The position numbers and the translations under genes are program-made. The notes beneath the pieces are model-generated. The model did no database searches. It was not told the origin of the DNA and saw only the letters and a list, made by a program, of their open reading frames with translations. A stretch of DNA of 64,000 nucleotides, from positions 196,106,001-196,170,000 of the forward strand of contig OX597815.1 of the NCBI GenBank assembly GCA_951406725.2, in the 5' to 3' direction. The stretch is from Octopus vulgaris (lineage: Eukaryota). This document shows, piece after piece, positions 28,601-43,277 of the stretch (positions are counted from its first letter, which is position 1; each line of letters starts with the position of its first letter).

Positions 28601-29389
28601 TTTTTAATAATTATTTAGGACAGGAAATGTAATTGATATCCGAGACGATATTTTTTTTCCCTTTTGCCCATTTCTGTCCTCCCGATTCACTTGCATTATT
28701 CTGCAACTAATATCCTACGATACTCTATAAGAATATTAGAAAGAAATAATATACTGGCAGCAGAGTACAGCAGAGAAATAGGTCGCTTATGGATGAAAGA
28801 AATAAAATAAAAAAAAGTGAAGAATACTAACAAATCAATAGATAAATAGAAAAGTAAAGCATGTATTTATTACGTTTGGCGGAAACAAGAGATTGTAAGA
28901 TAAAATTGGTTTTTGTTTCATTGTATATCGAGGCAAACCCTGCAGGAAGGCAGAAGAAAGATAAAGCAAATCTTTTCTGAATGAAGTATAAATGTAATTG
29001 TATCATGAAATGTCTCACGTAATTTAATATGTTAGGATAGAAAGTAGATCAAAACTTCGCGGGTATTGCAAGAAAAAGATCAGCGCTGGATGTGAAGGAA
29101 TATTTTCGGTATTTCAGAAAATGCTTGTGATTACGACGAATTCGATTTGCTAGCCTAACCCATTCACGTCGTATTTGTTTTTTAATGATCCATGACAAAA
29201 CCCATGTCTGATACACGTTCTTATATAGTCAAGTTCATGCGTGCTAAATACGTTATTAGCGTTCATCTTAGATTTCTGTTTTGCAAGGATGAAAGACAAA
29301 AGTTAATTTGACCTCAGGTGAATTCTCCGCTATTAAACTGAATACTTAAAAACAAAACCAGTATACTTAGTTGAAAATCTTTACGAATA

Positions 29390-29560
29390 GGCGTAGGAGT
29401 AGCGGTGTGGTAAGTAGCTTGTTTACCAGCCACATGGTTCCGAGTTCAGCCCCACTGCGTGGCACCTTGGGCAAGTGTCTTCTACCATAGCCTCGGATCG
29501 ACCAAAGCCTTGTGAGTAGATTTGGTAGACGGAAACCGAAAGAAGTCCGTCGTATATATG

Positions 29561-29608
<48 letters not shown>

Positions 29609-29824
29609 TGTGTGTGTGTATTTGTGTGTCTGTGTTTGTCCTCCCAACATTGCTTGACAACTGATGCTGGTGTGTTTATGTCGCCATAACTTTGCGGTTC
29701 GGCAAAAGAGACCGATAGAATAAGTACTAGGCTTACAAAGAATAAGTCCTGGGGTCGATTTGCTCTACTAAACGCGGTGCTCCAGCATGGCCACAGTCAA
29801 ACGACTGAAACAAGTAAAAGAGTA
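29390..29824 (+). mobile_element. SINE family A (in duplication copy 1)
   Basis: Full length. Confidence 0.9.
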
Positions 29825-30978
29825 ATATTGGCAAAAGGCCACGAATGGTTTTGGAAGAATATTTTGGCAATGATAAACATTATTTTATTTGTTCCCTACC
29901 AGTGGATAATTCATCAAACCAATATTCGATCAAATTCATCACGTGCTGAGATAGCACCAGGATATCCAACACAATACGAATTCAAAATGCGTGGCCTTTA
30001 ATTGGACAATATACTGTTTATATTAACCTCACCCTCTTCTTATTCACACTGAAATCATCGATTTTCAACATAAGCTCAACCGCATATATTTTGGTGTAAT
30101 CAATTATAACGAGCCCATATTTTTATTTTCATCGAAGGCGAAAAGATGAAAGACAAAATCGACCTATGTAGGATTTGAAATCACTTTTTAATAATTATTT
30201 AGGACAGGAAATGTAATTGATATACAATTTCCGAGACGATATTTTTTTTTTCCCTTTTGCCCATTTCTGTCCTCCCGATTCACTTGCATTATTCTGCAAC
30301 TAATATCCTACGATACTCTATAAGAATATTAGAAAGAAATAATATACTGGCAGCAGAGTACAGCAGAGAAATAGGTCGCTTATGGATGAAAGAAATAAAA
30401 TAAAAAAAAGTGAAGAATACTAACAAATCAATAGATAAATAGAAAGTAAAGCATGTATTTATTACGTTTGGCGGAAACAAGAGATTGTAAGATAAAATTG
30501 GTTTTTGTTTCATTGTATATCGAGGCAAACCCTGCAGGAAGGCAGAAGAAAGATAAAGCAAATCTTTTCTGAATGAAGTATAAATGTAATTGTATCATGA
30601 AATGTCTCACGTAATTTAATATGTTAGGATAGAAAGTAGATCAAAACTTCGCGGGTATTGCAAGAAAAAGATCAGCGCTGGATGTAAAGGAATATTTTCG
30701 GTATTTCAGAAAATGCTTGTGATTACGACGAATTCGATTTGCTAGCCTAACCCATTCACATCGTATTTGTTTTTTAATGATCCATGACAAAACCCATGTC
30801 TGATACACGTTCTTATATAGTCAAGTTCATGCGTGCTAAATACGTTATTAACGTTCATCTTAGATTTCTGTTTTGCAAGGATGAAAGACAAAAGTTAATT
30901 TGACCTCAGACTTCTCCGCTATTAAACTGAATACTTAAAAACAAAACCAGTATACTTAGTTGAAAATCTTTACGAATA

Positions 30979-31148
30979 GGCGTAGGAGTAGCGGTGTGGT
31001 AAGTAGCTTGTTTAGCAGCCACATGGTTCCGAGTTCAGCCCCACTGCGTGGCACCTTGGGCAAGTGTATTCTACTATAGCCTCGGATCGACCAAAGCCTC
31101 TGAGTGGATTTGGTAGACGGAAACCGAAAGAAGTCCGTCGTATATATG

Positions 31149-31181
<33 letters not shown>

Positions 31182-31404
31182 ATGTGTGTGTGTGTGTGGA
31201 TTTGTGTGTCTGTGTTTGCCCTCCCAACATTGCTTGACAACTGATGCTGGTGTGTTTATGTCGCCATAACTTTGCGGTTCGGCAAAAGAGACCGATAGAA
31301 TAAGTACTAGGCTTACAAAGAATAAGTCCTGGGGTCGATTTGCTCTACTAAACGCGGTGCTCCAGCATGGCCACAGTCAAACGACTGAAACAAGTAAAAG
31401 AGTA
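30979..31404 (+). mobile_element. SINE family A (in duplication copy 2)
   Basis: Full length, shares private variants with 29390 copy. Confidence 0.9.
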
Positions 31405-34170
31405 ATATTGGCAAAAGGCCACGAATGGGTTTGGAAGAATATTCTGGCAATGATAAACATTATTTTATTTGTTCCCGACCAGTGGATAATTCATCAAACT
31501 AATATTCGATCAAATTCATAGCGTGCTGAGATAGCACCAGGATATCCAACACAATACGAATTCAAAATGCGTGGCCTTTAATTGGACAATATACTGTTTA
31601 TATTAACCTCACCCTCTTCTTATTCACACTGAAATTATTGATTTTCAACATAAGCTTAACAGTATATATTTTGGTGTAATCAATTATAACGAGCCCATAT
31701 TTTTATTTTCATCGAAGGCGAAAAGATGAAAGACAAAATCGACCTATGTAGGATTTGAAATCATAACATAAATAGACAATTAAATATTGCACGTTCTTTT
31801 GTAAGCAATTCTATCGAATCTGATCATTCAACCCTTTACATTATCTATAATCGACGACCTTATCACCCCACTAATCTGCGGCCTTATGTGTTTGTATATA
31901 TTGATCGTTTAGATTGCTTAAGGTCAAGGACTGCAAAATGCTATAATACCGTTCTAAAGTTACATGTAACTGATACAATTTACTCTCGATATAACTGAAC
32001 AAAATAAATGCAGTGACTTATAGTTGTGTAGTGTAATGTTCGAATATGGCAAAGGCATTACACAGTGAAATACCAACTGAAGGATTAAGCCAGAATATTT
32101 AGGTAAAGTAAGAGGATAAGCTACCCGTGTATGTTCTGAAAAAAATGAGGAAATGTCAAGAGTGAATGAAGATATGTCAAGAGCATTCAAATGAAGAATA
32201 AATATATAGATATACAGATATATAGATATATTAGATATATAGATATACTAGAATAGGTATATAGATATACAAGTGGTGATAGAAACAAGATTTCTGTAGA
32301 AGTTGAAGACTGAGCATGTTAAAAAGAATTAAGCTCTTAATAATCCGAGCCTCTGATCTATGGTTATATAGACTGAACAGGAACTAAAAAAAAATATGTA
32401 TGTTCCGTCCATAAACATTCAGAGACTTTGTGGAGACTGATAGATACATATCAAGTGTTCTTTCTTCTAACTTTTATAATTTGTTATTTTATTTATCTCG
32501 ACCCCGGGTCATCTCTGAGAGCAAAGACCTATACTCAGATATACTATAGTCGTGACCATCCTATATTTTTTTGATACTATAAAATGACAATATCCGTAAA
32601 GTATCATCTCACATTTAGCTATTTGTAACTCTAGGCGCGTGAATCGAGAAAGTGTTTTAACTTTTTCCTGCAACTTCATGTACTTACGAAACAGCCACCA
32701 AAGGCTAAGACACACAGACATTGACCCTAAAACCACGTGGTTATGGCGTGAACCTCTTAAACACACAACCATACTTGCGCCTATATATGTATCTTTACTA
32801 GTCCACCGTCAGCGAAAAATATTGTAACCTTAAAAAATGACAAGACGCTTGTACGAAGTAAACGATAAAGAAGGTAGAGATAAAAAAGGACAGGGAAGAT
32901 GAGAAGACATAGTCGGGAGACAAGAAGAAGAAATAATAATTATTTCTAATTTTGGCTCAAGGCCTGCAATTTTTAACGGGAAGCGGCAAGTTGGTTACAT
33001 TCACCACTATGCTTGACTGGTACATATTATATTGATTCCAAAAGGATGAAATGCAAAGTCAACCTACGCGAAATTTTAACACAGGACGTAATGATTCAGA
33101 AGAAAAGCATTCAAAGAATTCTTTCTGATGACCTAGCGATTTTGCCACCTCAGGGCCTTAGAAGGAAAGATAATAACAATAATCGTAGTTATACAGACAT
33201 AAGCTATCGAGAAATTACAGCTGGGCTAAGCTGACCGCAGCAAGGATGGCACATATTATAGGTGAAGTGAACAGGAAAGATAAAAAAAAAAAACCCAGAA
33301 AATAGTTTAAAACCAATTGAGAGTCAAGCTTCTTAAGATAAATAATGCAGGATGGTAGTCTTACGACGTAGCTGATGTGTACATATATGCACTTAAACCA
33401 GAATAAATAACTTGGTTAAGAAATTAAGAGTAACCTGTACCACCGGATTTTCTTTATCGATTCATTAAACAACTGGCATATACACAAATATGTTCAGTAG
33501 TCGTTTGGTTTTATTACCTTTGGCACGCATTCGTAGACTGATACAGCGTACATGTATAGTGAGGCTAGCAAACTTGCTTACATATACATATTACTATTTT
33601 ATATGTATATAAAGTAAATCGCGCATTAATTTTATTTCTAAGAATTCCATCGTACGACTGAATTCGAGATCTGAAATTTTCACCATATGTAAGAATATGG
33701 ACAAAGTTTGGGGGCGAACTGGTGGTCAGCACTCTTTCCGGATTGAGCAGCTGTCTCGTAGATTTTGGTCCCTCTCCGTCGAATTATTCTACAGCTAGTG
33801 TTATTTGTTTTCTACTGTCAAAGGGAACGTAACTCTAGTTTTATTTTCTTTCTTTATCTTTTCCGTTTTGTTCACTCTCATTTTCTGCATCGACATTTTT
33901 CTCATTTCATTTCATTTACATCTGATTTCTCGCGTACCAGTATTCTGATTCTCAAATAGAGCAGACCATGTGCTCAGAGCTCGAGATTGGTTGGAGGCCC
34001 AAGCTGTGTTGGTGTCTTCACAGCATCAAAGTATTAGTAGCTTCTATCTATCTTCATGCTGTGCACACTAAAGGATGTGTGTGTGTGCATACAAATATAT
34101 GTGTTTGTGCATATATATTGCATGTGTGCATTTATACATGTATGTATGTATGTATGCATGTATGTATGTA

Positions 34171-34820
34171 GTGGACTCTCCTGTCATAAACAACAGATGA
34201 GATTTCCTCAACTTGGTACCGTAGATCTAGAGCTGAGAAACGGTTAGTATGTTAGACGCGTTTTATGCTGCTGAGTAGCTATTTTGATTAGGTTCATGTT
34301 TTCTCCTGTGGAAGTTTGTCTTGCGTTGCCGCCTACTACACATCCATAATCATCCCAAAGGAAATCATGGGAATCAGGATATTGCTGATGCCGCTGATTA
34401 GGATTCGTAGGAAGTTGATCGCGATGTTTCTACCCACTCAATTCGAACTATTTTAAGCTCCTGAAACACTTTCTCCTCCGATCGTTTCGATTTTCAGCAA
34501 AGTCTTACCAAGACTCATGATCAATATCGCAACACTTGAATTATCCTTAAAATTATCCTCGTATCATGAGACTTACAGGGTGCTTGCTGTTCCAAAGCTA
34601 ACCATTGAACAGCTGTTTGGGGAGCCTATCAGCTTTCATGTGAACCAAGTTCCCCGCCCGTCTTAGCTGTATCTTCGCTAACGAAAACTTCGATAGCAGC
34701 AAAGCTGCATCGTTGCAATATTTCACTATTTCTAACTTATCTTGCAATTTAATACCATAAATTATGCGCAGGCATCGCATATGAAATGAGTGGAATTGGT
34801 TCATATGCTCGAATACGTCT
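34171..34820 (-). pseudogene. RTE (BovB-like) LINE 3' fragment
   Basis: FHMRCLRIIYGIKLQDK...IQLRRAGNLVHMKADRLPKQLFNG matches RTE ORF C-terminal motifs (FHxRCLRxIxxIxWxD, LRWAGHxxRM, RLPKQLFYG); ends in (CATA)n tail. Confidence 0.85.
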
Positions 34821-35826
34821 GAGTGAGTGTGTATGCTTTGTGTACATGTATGTGAATACATGAGTGTACACATTTATATACATAAACACATGTAAAATTT
34901 GATACATGTTGATATGGAAAGAGGATGAATGTAAGTGTATATTTTTACGTGCGGATGTGTGAACGCTTGCATGTCTCTTCGAGACCGTTTGTTTAACCAT
35001 GAGATTTTATTTTTGCTATATGCATGCTGATAAGATTTGGCACTTTTGAAACTGCAGGAAATAAAAAATAAATGTAGTGTACATATATGTTTAATTGAAA
35101 GCAGGGACGTGTGTACGTATATCTGACAACTCATTCATTAAAATATAGAGCTTGGAGGTATATCATAAGTGATAATTAACAGTGAAGTGAATTAAGTTTG
35201 GCGCTTTCGCTCTACATAAAATTTACATCATAAATAAAAAGCATACATGTTAAAAATATATAAGTTTCATCTCTAATAATCTCATTTGTGCATCATATAT
35301 TTTTTTCTTTTAGATCCTTATTGTCATGAAAGGGTATACGTTTCGAATTCTCACTCATTTTCCTTTGTAAATAAGTGGTTTTAAGGCATTAAATATAAAA
35401 GAAACATAAAATGAAAATCGGTGTAAGCATCTATAATTTTGTACAATCAGAGGCATTCAGAAAATTCCAAATAAGAGCCAACCTCAGGAAATGTCAGTCA
35501 AACAAATCTATAAAAAATGTTAAATACATACGTGAATAATATTCGATCAAGTAAAATGTGATTAGTGAACTAAAAAACAAACAGAAAAAGGAGCCAAAAC
35601 TGAAGATAAAGAAACAGGAAGCTTATCTATTTTTATAGTTCTTTTAGTAAATTGATAATGAAGATAGACACACAAACGTGAATGCGTGTGTAGATAGGTG
35701 TCTATGTACAATAGCCAGGGCAACCATTTCAAATTTTGTGCGTTTGTCCATTATTTCCATTCATATTTGCATTAGGGTGTTTCAATTTAAGTAACGAAAG
35801 TAAAGCTTTCTTTCAATATCTGTCTA

Positions 35827-36191
<365 letters not shown>

Positions 36192-36940
36192 ACACAGAAA
36201 GGAAATTTAGAAACCTACATATTTAAATATAATTTCAATATTCATAATCTTTATTTTTTCCCTGTTTTAATTTCTCTCTCACTCTGTCTCTCTCTCGAAC
36301 CTCTGATTCTCTTACCCTCTTCATGCCCCATTTTCTCTTTCCTCCCATTCGTCTACTCTTTATTTATTTATTTTTTTTTTCCCCTTTCGCTTCAACATTT
36401 CTGCAGTTATTGGCTGCTTGATTCAGTTTTTTCCACTGAATTCCAACACACATGTTGACGTTACATTCCAAACAGTGCTGCATGCATAAATACAGACGCA
36501 CATTCATAAATGCAAAGATTCATAAATGCATACGTACGTTCAGTTGTTAGGTATGACAGAATGATATTTGTGTATATTTCCATGCAAATATATATTTGTA
36601 TCTGAAACATTCTATTTTTTTTTTTAAACCGAATGAATACATTACGATGGCTTATATTACATATAATATATATTTATATATATTTCTAAAGTACGAATTG
36701 TGTATTGACTTTTATATTTTACTTGCATAAGAGGATTAATGAATAAAGTGTAGGCATATACATGTGTATGATTCGTTGTGTGTGAGTGTGTGTGTGTATG
36801 TGTGTATTGTATATATGTGTATATATATATATAATATCATTGTATATATATATATATATATACGATATATATATATATACGATATATATATAAACGATAT
36901 ATATATGTGTGTGTGTGTGTGTGTATGTGTGTGTGTGTCC

Positions 36941-36975
<35 letters not shown>

Positions 36976-36999
36976 ATGTGTGAGTGGTTCTGTATATGT

Positions 37000-37200
37000 T
37001 TTTATGTCTGTGCTTGTTCCCCCACCATCGCTTGACAATCGATGTTGGTGCGTTCACGTCCCCGTAACTTAGCGGTGCGGCAAAAGTGACCGATAGAATA
37101 AGCATTATGCTTACAAAGAAAAAGTCATGAAATCGATTTCTTCCGAATAAAGGCGGTGCTCCAGCGAGCCACGGTCAAAATACTGAAGCAAATAAAAGAA
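37000..37200 (+). mobile_element. SINE family A 3' half
   Basis: CATCGCTTGACAATCGATG...GGCGGTGCTCCAGC tail. Confidence 0.75.
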
Positions 37201-37233
37201 TATACATGTACATACACACACACACACACACAT

Positions 37234-37272
<39 letters not shown>

Positions 37273-37747
37273 CTTATGCATTCACACATATATTCCGATA
37301 TATGTGTGTGTATGTATGTAAGTATTATGTATACGAACACACTCACACAAACACATACACACACAAATGCTACGATAAGTGTATTTATGTGTCACTGTGT
37401 TTGATTGTATTTTGGGTTTTGCTTAAATCTAATGTACGTTTACGTACATAGCTCTACGCACGCGCATACATGTCTATATGCGGAATCCCACTTCTCCAAA
37501 ATCAATATACGGATTAGTTTTCATTGTGCATGGATTTTTAATGCATCTCTCACAGTACACAACATAAATCTAGCAAAAATGCTTTCAAACATACACAAGC
37601 AGGCACTTTTATGCTGGTTCATGGGAACAAGAGCACCAACAGAAACGACGCCTACATCGACGTCCATGATGTCGATGCCTCAGACACTGCACATTAGAGT
37701 ACACAACGTACATATATACAATATATATATATATATATATATATATA

Positions 37748-37912
37748 GGCGCAGGAGTGGCTGTGTGGTAAGTAGCTTGCTAACCAACCACATGGTTCCG
37801 GGTTCAGTCCCACTGCGTGGCATCTTGGGCAAGTGTCTTCTGCTATAGCCCCGGGCCGACCAATGCCTTTTGAATGGATTTGGTAGACGGAAACTGAAAG
37901 AAGCCTGTCGTA

Positions 37913-37954
<42 letters not shown>

Positions 37955-38175
37955 CATATGTGTGTTTGTTTGTCTGTGTTTGTCCCCCTTAGCATTGCTT
38001 GACAACCGATGCTGGTGTGTTTACGTCCCCGTCACTTAGCGGTTCGGCAAAAGGGACCGATAGAATAAGTACTGGGTTTACAAAGAATAAGTCCCGGGGT
38101 CGATTTGCTCGACTAAAGGCGGTGCTCCAGCACGGCCGCAGTCAAATGACTGAAAACAAGTAAAAAAAAAGAGTA
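37748..38175 (+). mobile_element. SINE family A
   Basis: Full length. Confidence 0.9.
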
Positions 38176-38483
38176 TATATATATATATATATATATATAG
38201 ATGCATATATACAGGCATACACACCATACTAAATAATGCGTCTTTTATGAAATGCCATGTGCGCATTTGTAACAACATATATGTATCATTTAAAACAAGA
38301 CAATATTCCAGATATAGCGCCATTTATTTTACATCTGCTTTTTCATGCATTTAAATTTCTATGGTATTAATAATGTTCGGTTTTATTGATAATGTTCTAT
38401 GTTTCAATCTTCTATGAAAGATTGAAAATTTTAAAATAAAAGTAATTCTATTCGTAAAACCATTTTTCATGATTATAAGCCTT

Positions 38484-38539
38484 TATTATTATTAATATTA
38501 TTATTATTATTATTATTATTACCATTATTATTATTATTA

Positions 38540-38579
<40 letters not shown>

Positions 38580-38600
38580 CACCATTATTATTATTATTAC

Positions 38601-38658
<58 letters not shown>
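38484..38658. repeat. (ATT)n microsatellite
   Basis: Directly visible. Confidence 0.95.
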
Positions 38659-39328
38659 GGCCGTCTCAAGACGTTATATCTTATGACAACGTCAGTCCTG
38701 CAAAATGCCGTAACCAGGGTATTTCTTGTGATGGCATTAAAATGGAACGGCTTTCATAATGTTCCTCGCATACCCACGTACTCCGTGTCACGCGTACATC
38801 AAGCAATCGTCCCATATTTTGCTTATGTACATTCTACTCCAAAATTTACAACTCAGCTACTTACGTACACAGGCACACACAAGCGTACACACACACATAG
38901 TGAAACCACTAGAATACAAACACTATCTCTCTGAATCCCTACATATATCAACCATTGAGGGGCATGATGCTGTGGCATTAATTTGATAGACATTCTCAGT
39001 TAGACATTCTGTATTCAAACCACAACAAAGGGCGAGCTAGGAGAAGCGACTTATGAGGACGCATAATGAATTTCGCTCTTCTTGTGGGTTTTTTACTTGA
39101 GGAAAATTCTAAGCACCTACATTCAGTATATTCCATCTCCTGAAAGACAAGAGATGGAATATACGGGAATATATTATTAATCACAACAATTGTTTCGACA
39201 AACCTAGCATCAACCCTTCTTGTGGGACATTCAGCAACTGGTTCAGGAGTATCCGGTGGTGCAGACGTATCACGTCGGGTGATAAATAAATATGTATATA
39301 TATATACATAAAGATGTATATATATATA

Positions 39329-39372
<44 letters not shown>

Positions 39373-39482
39373 TATACATACATGTTTATATATATATATA
39401 TACATGTTAGATATATATATACATATACTTATATATACATATACTTATATATACATACATATATATATATATATATACATAT

Positions 39483-39548
<66 letters not shown>

Positions 39549-39731
39549 TTGTATATGTGTGCGTGTGCGTATGTGTTTGTGTGTGTGAAATATGCTACTA
39601 GGATAGCACTTGGTACACTTAGAACAACATGGCTTTCAGTGACCAGGTTACAGTTTATAGGGAGAATTGTCACACTATATTTCAAACAATATATGCTTAC
39701 ATTCCTATGGGCATTTCACACTGCATTTGCG

Positions 39732-39802
<71 letters not shown>

Positions 39803-40339
39803 ATTACTCAATCCTCCATCTGCGTTTTTTCCTCTGCCTAACCTACCTATATTTTATTATAAATATCTTGCTATCTCTTCTGTTTCCATTTCAGTTACTC
39901 TCATTGCCACTGTTATTCACACTTCGTTTGCCCCAGATATTATTTTGCGATCTCTTTTCTTTTTCTTATATATTTTCTCTGTTTAATCAACAACCACGAG
40001 CAAACCTATGCATTGGTGAAAAATATGCTTGTTCACACACACTCAAACACAAACACACACATACGTACGTATATATGTATATGTACATATATATGTGTGT
40101 GTGTGTCTCTCTCTATATATATATATATACGTATGTATATATGGATATATGTATGTCTATCCGCGTGTGTGTGTGTGTGGAGTTTTTGTGTGTGCCTGTG
40201 ATTTCGTGTGTAGCTTTCATATATATCATCAATGAAAAAATACGAAAATTTTATAAGTGCAATAATGCGTTCAGTTATTTTCTCCTTTAAACCAGCGAGC
40301 GACTTAATCATTCGAAAGGAATAGCAATAATAAAAAACA

Positions 40340-40975
40340 CTTATGATAAAATTAAGCAAAATAGTTTCAAAGATAGTCAAACACTTAATATTCCGCTGAA
40401 TGCGAATCTTTTCAACAGCAATTGTAAATCTAAAATATATAAACAAACCGAAACAAATAGATGTATCTGTAGATATTTCGGAGAAATACGAACACCAAAC
40501 TGATAAGGAGAACAAGTACAGCTATCCTTGTTTTTATAACCCTTTGGTGTTTAACTTCTCTATAGTTATATCACTTCGAATGAAAATGAAACCAGTAAAA
40601 ACAATAAAAAGCGAGAAATTTTTTTTTAATGCTGTCACTACGCTGTTGGGACCCAAACAATATGGAATTCACAAAGAACCATTCAATTAAATTGATAAAA
40701 TTTGATTAAATTATTCCTATAAAAAGAATAAAATGGTAAAAATAGTACGGTGCAAGACTGAATGCCGTGTTCGAGTTAATTATTTTCCGCTAGTTTCTGG
40801 AATAAAATCATGTCAGGATTGATTATATTTGCATCGTTCCTATGAAATTAGAATCCACTGTGCCTAAACATGGGCATATCTCTTCCTTTGTTGTTATCAT
40901 TATTGAAAAAATCATTGTATTGGAAACATATACATTAAGTATTGTCTTATCATTGAATAGATTAAACAAGGTTCT
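40340..40975 (-). pseudogene. Possible very decayed piggyBac transposase
   Basis: LFNLFNDKTILNVYVSNTMIFSIMITTKEEICPCLG resembles the piggyBac N-terminal F.LFFD...TxxE...FLG block; IPY and F.NYF-like remnants downstream. Confidence 0.3.
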
Positions 40976-41812
40976 TTTATTAGTCGTCTCTTTGTTTAAA
41001 ATGTTTTGCCAAATCTCTTTTAGATCCTATCCTACAACCATTAAAATAATAGCCGCCGATAATGTGTCACAGGAAAAATGACGGGTTGATTATGTTTACG
41101 TTCTACGCAACAATATGTTTCCTTGAGAAGGGTAAAAATTAGGCTAAAATTAATCGTGTAGTAGATTCAAAGCAACATCTGTAGATCAAAAAACAGTGGA
41201 TCAAAATCCAAAGGAGTAAACAATTATTACCAAAAATGCGAAGAACAGGTGTATGTAAATCATTCCTACGAATAGAAATATATTACAGCAGAGTAGATGT
41301 GATAATGCCGGTGCCACCTTCTGTCGACGACAAACTAAATGTCAAATACACTTGCATTATTTCCTGGAAGCACGTTATTGGCATTTTGGTCCTTAACGCT
41401 TCAGAAACCGATGTATAAAGACAGAAAATTCATTTATCGGTGGATTGGTCTAACAAAAAGTGTTACGTGATGTGATAAGTTTCCTATTCAAATGCTTAAC
41501 TAACTCGCTCTGTCCCGTCTCTCTTTCTCCTTGTACTGTGTCTAAGTGGGTGTTTATGTTCAAAGAGAGAGAGAGAGAGAGAGAGAAAGTAAGAGAGATA
41601 TACATGTGTGCATGCTTAGGCATGTGCATATTGACGCACAGCTGTAGGTCTCTATTGAAGTGTAGAACTATTTCGCTGGCAATTAGAAAGATATTTGTAA
41701 GGCATGGTACACTAAGCTTTGAGAACATGAGAAATGAACTTTCATTCATACATGCGTTTACGACAAGATTCTGCATTGTACATCGTATTATGTAAGACTG
41801 GATTAATATGTA

Positions 41813-42048
41813 TACTCTTTTACTCTTTTATTTGTTTCAGTCATTTGACTGCGGCCATGCTGGAGCACCGCCTTTAATCGAGCAACTCGACCCCGGGACT
41901 TATTCTTTGTAAGCCCAGTACTTATTCTATCGGTCTCTTTTGCCGAACCGCTAAGTAACTGGGACATAAACACACCAGCATCGGTTGTCAAGCAATGCTA
42001 GAGAGACAAATACAGACACACAAACACACACACACACACACACACACG

Positions 42049-42082
<34 letters not shown>

Positions 42083-42099
42083 TACGACGGGCTTCTTTC
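41813..42099 (-). mobile_element. SINE family A, 5'-truncated
   Basis: Tail, internal microsatellite and start of core. Confidence 0.85.
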
Positions 42100-42610
42100 G
42101 TATATAATATATGTATGAATCTTTGTGGTATACGTGAGTGTGTGTGTGCGTGCCCGCGTGTGTGTGTATGTGCGTGTGTGCGTGTGAGAGAGAGAGAGAG
42201 AGAGATACAGACAGAAAGAGTGTGTGCAATAAACCTATAGATTTTAAAGGTTAGGCTTCTAAAGCGAGCTGGTGATGCTATGCTTCTGCTGAGAGGCAGA
42301 AATTAACAAGTCTAAGCATTTCACAGAGACAATATGTTGGGTTCACGTAAGCGATCTTACAAAATATTACCGTGTTTCTGTAATTCCCAAACACACGGTG
42401 CTCGATTCAGCTGGATTCCGTCGAAGAATTGACTTCTATTATCGCCTCGGGCTTCCGAAGGCTATTTGAGGGAATTTGATGAAAGACGCCTGTCGTTTGT
42501 ATATGTATACATGTATGTATGTATGTATGTATGTATGTATGTATGTATGTATGTATGTATGTATGTATGTATGTATGTACGTATGTATGTATATATATGC
42601 ATAGCAAAAA

Positions 42611-42648
42611 CTGTCCGACGAACGGCAACGGGAAACTCAGAGTAACAG
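42611..42648 (+). ncRNA. Degenerate minimal hammerhead-like motif (second family)
   Basis: CTGT-CCGACGA-ACG gcaa CGG-GAAAC-TCAGA-GTA-ACAG. Confidence 0.4.
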
Positions 42649-42680
42649 GTTTTGTTGAATTTTCTGCTGCTTTAAATAAA

Positions 42681-42714
<34 letters not shown>

Positions 42715-43207
42715 GTCTATATGTACGTCAGTGTGTGTGTGTGTTTGCTAGTGTATGTATGTGCGTGTGCGTATATGCTTATGTGTGTGTTTGTGTTTGT
42801 CTCTCACCATCACTTTTGATACGATAAATATTAAGCGTAAAACTATGTCCAGAGGTTCGCTTGCTTTCTTACATATTTTAAGTTTTCTCTCTCTCTCTAC
42901 CTCCCTCTCTTTCTTTCTTTATTTCTTTCTTCATACATACATACATACATACATATATATATATATACACACATATATATATATATATACATACATATAT
43001 ATATATATATACACACATATATATATATATACACACATATATATATATATACACACTTATACATACACACACATAATGCAGTAACATGCTTATGTGGACC
43101 GTTTATTAATCAATGAATAAAATAAATTTTCATTCAACTATGTATCCTTAATGGATCAATATATAATACATTTTAAACTAATGTATTTATTTTCTCTTTA
43201 ATTCTAG

Positions 43208-43277
43208 GTGGGATATTTACCTCGGTAGAAAATATTTCCTGTGTTGTTCCTAAGTACTGGATAAGGAATATAAACAG
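43208..43277 (+). other. Candidate 70-nt spliced exon
   Basis: Branch-like AACTAAT, pyrimidine tract, TTCTAG|G acceptor, CAG|GTAACT donor; one open frame. Confidence 0.3.
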
